NCBI RefSeq assembly: GCF_004353825.1
Contig: NZ_SMNA01000003.1
Location: forward strand, 186,001 to 250,000
Reading direction: 5' to 3'
Source: Occultella glacieicola
Lineage (GTDB): Bacteria > Actinomycetota > Actinomycetes > Actinomycetales > Beutenbergiaceae
Length of the DNA stretch: 64,000 nt
Made by a program: the position numbers and the translations under genes. Of the stretch, positions 58,833-64,000 are shown piece by piece. The notes beneath the pieces are model-generated. The model worked only from the letters and a program-made list of their open reading frames with translations. It did no database searches and was not told the origin of the DNA. Every line of letters begins with the position of its first letter. The first letter of the stretch is position 1.

Positions 58833-59042
58833 ATGCTCTACCAGGTTCTCGTGGACGGCACCGTGCGCGCCGACCGCCTGATCGGCATCGACTACGTCAG
58901 TGTCACGCCGATCGCGGATCAGACGCTGCTCTCGTGCGCGGTTCCGGACCCGGAGTCGGTGGCCGACCTGGTCGGGGTGCTGACCGACCAGGGACTGCGG
59001 GTCGAACGGCTTCGCCGGATCCTCGACATCCGAGCGTTCTGA
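58833..59042 (+). CDS. Small ACT-like hypothetical protein (paralog 2)
   Basis: AAGGAGG RBS; YQVLVDG..TLLSCAVPD..LTDQGLRVERLR. Confidence 0.75.
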   Translation: MLYQVLVDGTVRADRLIGIDYVSVTPIADQTLLSCAVPDPESVADLVGVLTDQGLRVERLRRILDIRAF

Positions 59043-59058
59043 GCCGCTGCCGGCGGAT

Positions 59059-59075
59059 TCATCTGGTTGGGGTGA
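59059..59075. promoter_or_regulatory. TCAYCC-N5-GGRTGA box 4
   Basis: TCATCT-GGTTG-GGGTGA; CAGGCT 23 nt downstream (59099-59104). Confidence 0.65.
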
Positions 59076-59166
59076 GGCAGTGGCCCGGGCCCACCCACCA
59101 GGCTGGACACCTACCGGAGTCCAGCCCGCGTGGAGGAGGGACCCGGCCCGATGCGGAGGTACGGAC

Positions 59167-59565
59167 ATGACGCGGAAGGTGACCGCCTGGGTCGGCTGGA
59201 TCTGGTTCGCCGGCCTGATCATGCTCAGTTCCGGCGTGTTCAACGTGCTCAGCGGGATCTACGCCGTGGGCGCGCGGGACGTCTCGGTGGTGGAGGTCGG
59301 CACCCAGATCCTGCTCCTGGACGTCAACTCCTGGGGCTGGGTGCACATCGCGGTCGGGGCCCTGCTGGTGCTGGTCGCGATCTGCCTGCTCGCCGGGCAG
59401 TTCTGGGCCCGGCTCGCCGCCGTCATCGTGGTCGGGGCGAACATGGTGACCCAGTTCCTCTACCTCCCGCTGACCCCTTGGTGGTCCATCGTCGTGCTCG
59501 CTCTCGACGTGGTGGTCCTGTGGGCGCTGATCGTGCACGGCGAGGAAGCCGAATCGGCGTCGTGA
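59167..59565 (+). CDS. Small 4-TM membrane protein (DUF7144-like)
   Basis: GWIWFAG, WGWVH, GQFWAR, PWWSIVVLALDVVVLWAL; GGAGG RBS. Confidence 0.8.
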   Translation: MTRKVTAWVGWIWFAGLIMLSSGVFNVLSGIYAVGARDVSVVEVGTQILLLDVNSWGWVHIAVGALLVLVAICLLAGQFWARLAAVIVVGANMVTQFLYLPLTPWWSIVVLALDVVVLWALIVHGEEAESAS

Positions 59566-60272
59566 CCACGCCGGAGGAGCCCGACGGCGGGGGTGCTCCG
59601 CCGGGGCGCCCGCGCCTCCTCCAGGGCTCCGGTGCGGGCCTGGCCGGCCTGCTGTTCGCGGTCCTGTTCGTGGTCGGCTTCGCGATCCTGGACCAGGTGC
59701 CGCAGTCCGCGACCACGGCCGAACTCACCGAGTTCTACGAGGGTGCGGGCGGCAACGGTCTGATCGTGGCCGGCTTCTACCTGGTCCCGTTCTCGGGCCT
59801 GTCCTTCCTGTGGTTCGTCGCCGCGTCCCGGCACCGGCTGAGTTCGCTCGCGCGGCGGGAGGACCGCCTGCTCGACACGGTCCAACTGGCCGCGGGCGTG
59901 CTCTTCGTCGCGATGATGTACGTCGCGTCCGCCGCCGCGGTCACCGGGGTGTCGGCGGTCCGCCTCGGTGGCGCCGGCGCCGGCCTCGTCCCGCTCGAGC
60001 AGGCGGCCACGATGACGGCCTACGCGCAGTCGTTGCTGACGATCTACGCGTTCCGCACCGCAGGCGTGTTCATCATGGCCAGCACCACCCGTGCCCTGCG
60101 AGCGCGCCTGTTCCCCCGCTGGTTCGCCGTCCTGAGCTACGTCGCCGTGGTGGTCCTGCTCCTGGCCGTGACCGATGTCCGCGCGGTGGTTCTCTTGGTG
60201 CCCCTCTGGGTGGCTGCCGCCTCCGCCGTGATCCTGTTCCGCCGGGCCACCGGCCAGTTGGAGGTCGCCTGA
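59562..60272 (+). CDS. Hypothetical multi-pass membrane protein
   Basis: AGLLFAVLF, YLVPFSGLSFLWF, LFPRWF; GTGA overlap. Confidence 0.75.
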   Translation: MTTPEEPDGGGAPPGRPRLLQGSGAGLAGLLFAVLFVVGFAILDQVPQSATTAELTEFYEGAGGNGLIVAGFYLVPFSGLSFLWFVAASRHRLSSLARREDRLLDTVQLAAGVLFVAMMYVASAAAVTGVSAVRLGGAGAGLVPLEQAATMTAYAQSLLTIYAFRTAGVFIMASTTRALRARLFPRWFAVLSYVAVVVLLLAVTDVRAVVLLVPLWVAAASAVILFRRATGQLEVA

Positions 60273-60274
60273 CC

Positions 60275-62032
60275 ATGTCCACCCCCACCACCGACGCGAG
60301 CACACGGACGCCACTGCTGTTCGGCTCCCTGCGCGGCTACCAGGGCCAATGGCTGCGCCGGGACCTGCTCGCCGGGATGACCGTCTGGGCCGTCATGGTG
60401 CCGGAGGCCTTCGCCTACGCGACGATCGCCGGGGTGCCGCCGGTGGTCGGCCTGTACGCCGCCGTGCCGGCCCTGATCGCGTACGCAGCGTTCGGGTCCT
60501 CCCGGCACCTGGTGGTCGGACCGATGTCCGCGACCGCCGCCCTCTCCGCGGCCACCATCGCCGCGTTCGCCCCCGGGGACGCCGCTGCCTACATCGCGCT
60601 GACCACCGTGCTGGCCGTGGTCACCGGCGTGATCGCGATCCTGGCCGGTCTGGCCCGGCTCGGCTTCGTCGCGACGTTCATCTCCGAGCCGGTGCTCAAG
60701 GGCTTCATCGTGGGCCTCGCCCTGACGATCATCATCGGCCAGCTGCCGAAACTGTTCGGGGTCGAGGGCGGTGGTGAGGGTGCGATCGGCAAGTTCCTCC
60801 ACGTGGTGGGTGACCTGGGCGACCTCTCGGTGTTGACCACGGTCTTCGGGGTGGTGTCGCTGCTCATCGTGCTGGCGCTCAAGCGCTGGCTCCCGGTCGT
60901 TCCGGCGTCACTGGCCGTGGTGCTGGTCGGGATCGGCGTGGTCCATGTGTTCGGCCTGAGCGACCGGCTCGACGTGGTCGGCGAGATCGACCCGGGGCTG
61001 CCGTCCCTCGGCCTGCCGTCGACGACCTGGGGCGACTACGCCCAGCTCGCCGGGCCGGCCGTCGGGGTGATGCTGATCGCGTTCGCCGAAGGACTCGGAG
61101 CAGCGAAGACCTACGCCGCGAGGAACGGCTACGAGGTGGACGCGAACCGCGAACTGATCGGACTGGGCGCGGCGAACCTCGGCTCCGGCCTCGCCTCCGG
61201 GATGGTCGTCAACGGCAGCCTGTCCAAGACGGCCGTGAACGGTTCGGCCGGTGCACGCTCGCAGGTGAGCGGGCTTGTGGTGGCCGCCCTGAGCCTGGTG
61301 ACCCTCCTGTTCCTGACCGCGTTGTTCGAGGAGTTGCCGGAGACGGTCCTGGCCGCCGTGGTCATCTCCGCGGTCATCGAGATGGTCGACACGAAGGCGC
61401 TCGCTCGGCTGTACCGGGTGTGGACGCCGCGCCTGCGGAGCACCTACGGGCGGGCCGCGCGCGCCGACTTCATCGGGGCGATGGCCGCCCTGCTCGGGGT
61501 CCTCATCTTCGACACCCTGCCCGGCCTCATCATCGGCATCGTGACGTCGATCCTGCTGCTGATCTATCGCGCGTCCCGCCCGAGCGTGCGGCCGCTCACC
61601 GACGTCGACGGCAACTGGGTGGACGCGCAGGCACATCCCGACCACCCGGTCGACCCGGCCGTGCTGGTGGTCCGCATCGAGTCAGGACTCTTCTTCGCGA
61701 ACGCCGATCATGTCAAGGACGAGATCCGTCGCCGGTGCACCCGGGAGACCCGCCTGGTGGTGCTGGACGACCAGACCACCCCGTTCGTCGACGTCAGCGG
61801 TGCAACCGCGCTGGCGGAGCTGAACGACACTCTCGCCCGGGACGGCATCGCGTTCGCGATCGCGGGAAACATCGGTCAGGTCCGGGACGTCCTGCGAGCC
61901 GATCAGTCCGGAGGTCCCCGCCCGTTCGTCACGGTCGCGGAGGCGATCGGCTCGCTCGGAGCGGACTCCGGCCCAGGCCCGGGTTCCGGCTCGGAGCGGT
62001 CTCCGAGTGGCCCGGAGCGGGGCGAGCCATGA
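60275..62032 (+). CDS. SulP/SLC26 anion transporter with STAS domain
   Basis: DLLAG, VPEAFAYA, GLYA, FGSSRHLVVGP, NRELIGLG, ESGLFFANA. Confidence 0.92.
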   Translation: MSTPTTDASTRTPLLFGSLRGYQGQWLRRDLLAGMTVWAVMVPEAFAYATIAGVPPVVGLYAAVPALIAYAAFGSSRHLVVGPMSATAALSAATIAAFAPGDAAAYIALTTVLAVVTGVIAILAGLARLGFVATFISEPVLKGFIVGLALTIIIGQLPKLFGVEGGGEGAIGKFLHVVGDLGDLSVLTTVFGVVSLLIVLALKRWLPVVPASLAVVLVGIGVVHVFGLSDRLDVVGEIDPGLPSLGLPSTTWGDYAQLAGPAVGVMLIAFAEGLGAAKTYAARNGYEVDANRELIGLGAANLGSGLASGMVVNGSLSKTAVNGSAGARSQVSGLVVAALSLVTLLFLTALFEELPETVLAAVVISAVIEMVDTKALARLYRVWTPRLRSTYGRAARADFIGAMAALLGVLIFDTLPGLIIGIVTSILLLIYRASRPSVRPLTDVDGNWVDAQAHPDHPVDPAVLVVRIESGLFFANADHVKDEIRRRCTRETRLVVLDDQTTPFVDVSGATALAELNDTLARDGIAFAIAGNIGQVRDVLRADQSGGPRPFVTVAEAIGSLGADSGPGPGSGSERSPSGPERGEP

Positions 62033-62877
62033 TCGGCGCCGAGGGCCAGAGCCCGACGGACCAACTGGCCGGTCTGGTGGACTCCGCGAGCCTGAACGGG
62101 TGGGACCTACTGGTGGTCGTGATCGTGGTGGTCCTCACCTGGGTCGGGTCACGTGCGGGCCGTCGCGCTGTGACGCGGCTGCTCGCCAAGACGGACGCGG
62201 TCCCCTACGAGGTGGCCTACACCTGTTCGCGCGCCGTGGGCTACTTCATCGTCCTGCTCGGCGTCGGGATCGCACTCTCGGTGCTCGGCGCGCAGATCCA
62301 GCCGGTGCTCGCCGCCGTCATCCTCATTGCGGTCGTGGCCTACTTCGCCCTGCGGGGGGTGGCCGACAACTTCGGTGCCAGCCTGATCCTGCAGATGCGC
62401 AAGCCACTGCGGGTCGGCGACTGGGTCGAGACCGACGACCGCTGGGGCGCCGTCACGGACATGAACGCCCGATCCGTGGTGTTGCGGACCTCGGACGGGA
62501 AGGTGATCCACGTCCCGAATGCTCAATTGCTCTCCGATCCGCTGGTGATCCAGCCGGTCACCGGAGCGGTGCGATCCGAGATCGAGGTCCGGACCACGGA
62601 TCTGTCACGGCTCACCGCGGTCGCCACAACCGCTGTGACCCTGGCCGCAACCGCGGAAGGGGTCCATGCCGAGCCGGCCCCGGACCTGGTGTGGGTGTCG
62701 AGCACCCCGGACCGCACGACCGGGCGGATCCGCGTCTGGCACGAGGCGGGCGCGAACACCACGGTGGGTTCGAACGTGGTCCGTGCCGTCGCCGAGGGCT
62801 TCGCCGAAGCCGGCCTCACGGCGAGTCTGACCGCACCGCCACCGGCGCCACCGCTCATTCCGTCGCCGACGCTCTGA
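62029..62877 (+). CDS. Small-conductance mechanosensitive channel (MscS family)
   Basis: Three TM segments, NFGASLIL, KPLRVGDWV, GKVIHVPN. Confidence 0.85.
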   Translation: MIGAEGQSPTDQLAGLVDSASLNGWDLLVVVIVVVLTWVGSRAGRRAVTRLLAKTDAVPYEVAYTCSRAVGYFIVLLGVGIALSVLGAQIQPVLAAVILIAVVAYFALRGVADNFGASLILQMRKPLRVGDWVETDDRWGAVTDMNARSVVLRTSDGKVIHVPNAQLLSDPLVIQPVTGAVRSEIEVRTTDLSRLTAVATTAVTLAATAEGVHAEPAPDLVWVSSTPDRTTGRIRVWHEAGANTTVGSNVVRAVAEGFAEAGLTASLTAPPPAPPLIPSPTL

Positions 62878-62927
62878 GGCCGTGATCGTTGCTGGGAGGG
62901 GGTCACCCGACTCGATCCGGCCCGTGC

Positions 62928-63803
62928 TCAGGCCACCGGTGAGACATGGTGCCGGAACCGGAGTTCCTGGCCGGGCCGCAACTGTCCGGCAGCATCGCGT
63001 GCGGACTCCGTGAGCACCGCGATCACCGGGTAGCCACCGGTCACGGGATGGTCCGGACCGAAGATGAGCGGCTGCCCGTCCGGGGGAACCTGCACCGACC
63101 CGGCCACGACCGCCTCCGAGGGAAGTTCGGTGAGTCGGGAGCGGCCCAGCGGGGCGCCGCGCAATCGCACCCCGACCCGGTCACCGACATCGGTGACCCG
63201 GTACCGGCGGGCGAACAGCACCCGCCAGGCCTCCTCCGTGAACCAGTCGCGCCGCGGCCCGGGCATCGCATCGAGCATGAACGTAGGGCCCGACGGCGGA
63301 GCCGGGCCGGCATCGATCGTCGCCATGGCAATGCTCGCCCGCCCGACGGGCAGGACGTCGCCGGCGCGCACCGGCGCGGGTCCGAGCCCGGACAGGACGT
63401 CCGTCGATCGGGAGCCGAGGACGGCCGGGACGGCCAGTCCTCCGGCGACCGCGACGTACGTGCGCAGGCCCCACCGAGGCACCCCGAGGCGTACCACCGA
63501 CCCCGCCGCCACCGCCAGCACCCGTTGGGGTGGCGCCGTGCGACCGTCGACGGTGGTAGGCGCGCTCGCCCCGGTCAGGGCGAGGAGCACATCGGACTCG
63601 GCACGCAACGCCAGGCCGCCCATGGCGACCTCCAGCGCGGCCGCACCGTCCTCGTTGCCGAGGAGGCGGTTCGCGACGATCAGGGCGCCCCGGTCGGCAG
63701 CCCCGGAGCGGGACACGCCGAGCGCGGCGAAACCGGGACGGCCGAGGTCCTCGACCAGGGTGAGCCCACCGGCCTCCAGCACGGTCAGGGCGCGCTCGCT
63801 CAC
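62928..63803 (-). CDS. pxpC: 5-oxoprolinase subunit C (biotin-dependent carboxyltransferase family)
   Basis: EDLGRPG, SGAAD, ANRLLGN, GLRTYVAV, DRVGVRL, GSVQVPPDGQP, TGGYPVI. Confidence 0.88.
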   Translation of the reverse strand: MSERALTVLEAGGLTLVEDLGRPGFAALGVSRSGAADRGALIVANRLLGNEDGAAALEVAMGGLALRAESDVLLALTGASAPTTVDGRTAPPQRVLAVAAGSVVRLGVPRWGLRTYVAVAGGLAVPAVLGSRSTDVLSGLGPAPVRAGDVLPVGRASIAMATIDAGPAPPSGPTFMLDAMPGPRRDWFTEEAWRVLFARRYRVTDVGDRVGVRLRGAPLGRSRLTELPSEAVVAGSVQVPPDGQPLIFGPDHPVTGGYPVIAVLTESARDAAGQLRPGQELRFRHHVSPVA

Positions 63804-64000
63804 CCGGCCACCTCGAACCGGACCCGCATCCCGGCGCGCAGCAGTGCCGGCGGCTCGGCGGTCACGTCGAACAGGGCCGCGTCGGTCCGCCCGAGCAGGC
63901 GCCAGCCGCCCGGGGAGGCGCGCGGGTACACGGCGGTGCGATCGGCCGCGATCGCGACGGATCCGGCCGGCACGCTCGGCCGCGGCGTGGGCAGCCGGGG
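63800..64000 (-). CDS. pxpB: 5-oxoprolinase subunit B (C-terminal part; starts beyond window)
   Basis: Manual translation PRLPTPRPSVPAGSVAIA..VYPRASPGGWRLLGRT..MRVRFEVAG*, stop overlapping the pxpC start. Confidence 0.85.
   Translation of the reverse strand, partial: PRLPTPRPSVPAGSVAIAADRTAVYPRASPGGWRLLGRTDAALFDVTAEPPALLRAGMRVRFEVAG

Noticed and set aside
1..64000. CRISPR arrays, tRNA/rRNA, IS elements, prophage or defence genes
   Set aside because: No spaced direct repeats, cloverleafs, transposase, integrase or phage motifs were recognised by eye; intergenic gaps are short. The TA pair is the only defence-like element.

Overview
Very GC-rich actinobacterial chromosome segment (gene repertoire and leaderless promoters suggest a Micrococcales-type actinomycete; taxonomy is inference) with about 61 protein genes. 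No rRNA, tRNA, CRISPR array or transposase was recognised. Blocks: (1) 1-18.3 kb, a 14-gene, mostly translationally coupled minus-strand catabolic operon (GH63-like glycosidase, 3-subunit xanthine-dehydrogenase-family molybdoenzyme, LLM oxidoreductase, opine dehydrogenase, two amidohydrolases, sugar ABC system, MFS, RhmD-like dehydratase, 2-hydroxyacid dehydrogenase) divergent from a ROK regulator and an FAD oxidase; the substrate is unknown. (2) 18.4-32.4 kb, purine/urate/glyoxylate catabolism (uraD-uraH-uricase, NCS2 permease, aceB, malic enzyme, IclR/AllR-like regulator with three TTCC-N7-GGAA boxes, 8-oxoguanine deaminase with a structured, possibly riboswitch-like leader). (3) gatCAB, a DinB-membrane fusion and a frameshifted MazF-type toxin with intact antitoxin. 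(4) AraC + DUF5107/TPR + clan GH-A-like glycosidase + sugar ABC. (5) 50.7-62.9 kb, a membrane-protein cluster around a MalT-like ATPase-LuxR regulator, with four TCAYCC-N5-GGRTGA-like palindromes placed 22-23 nt upstream of -10-like hexamers and two paralogous ~69-aa ACT-like proteins. (6) pxpC and partial pxpB. The best novelty candidates are blocks 5 and 1. All family calls come from reading motifs by eye, not from database searches.
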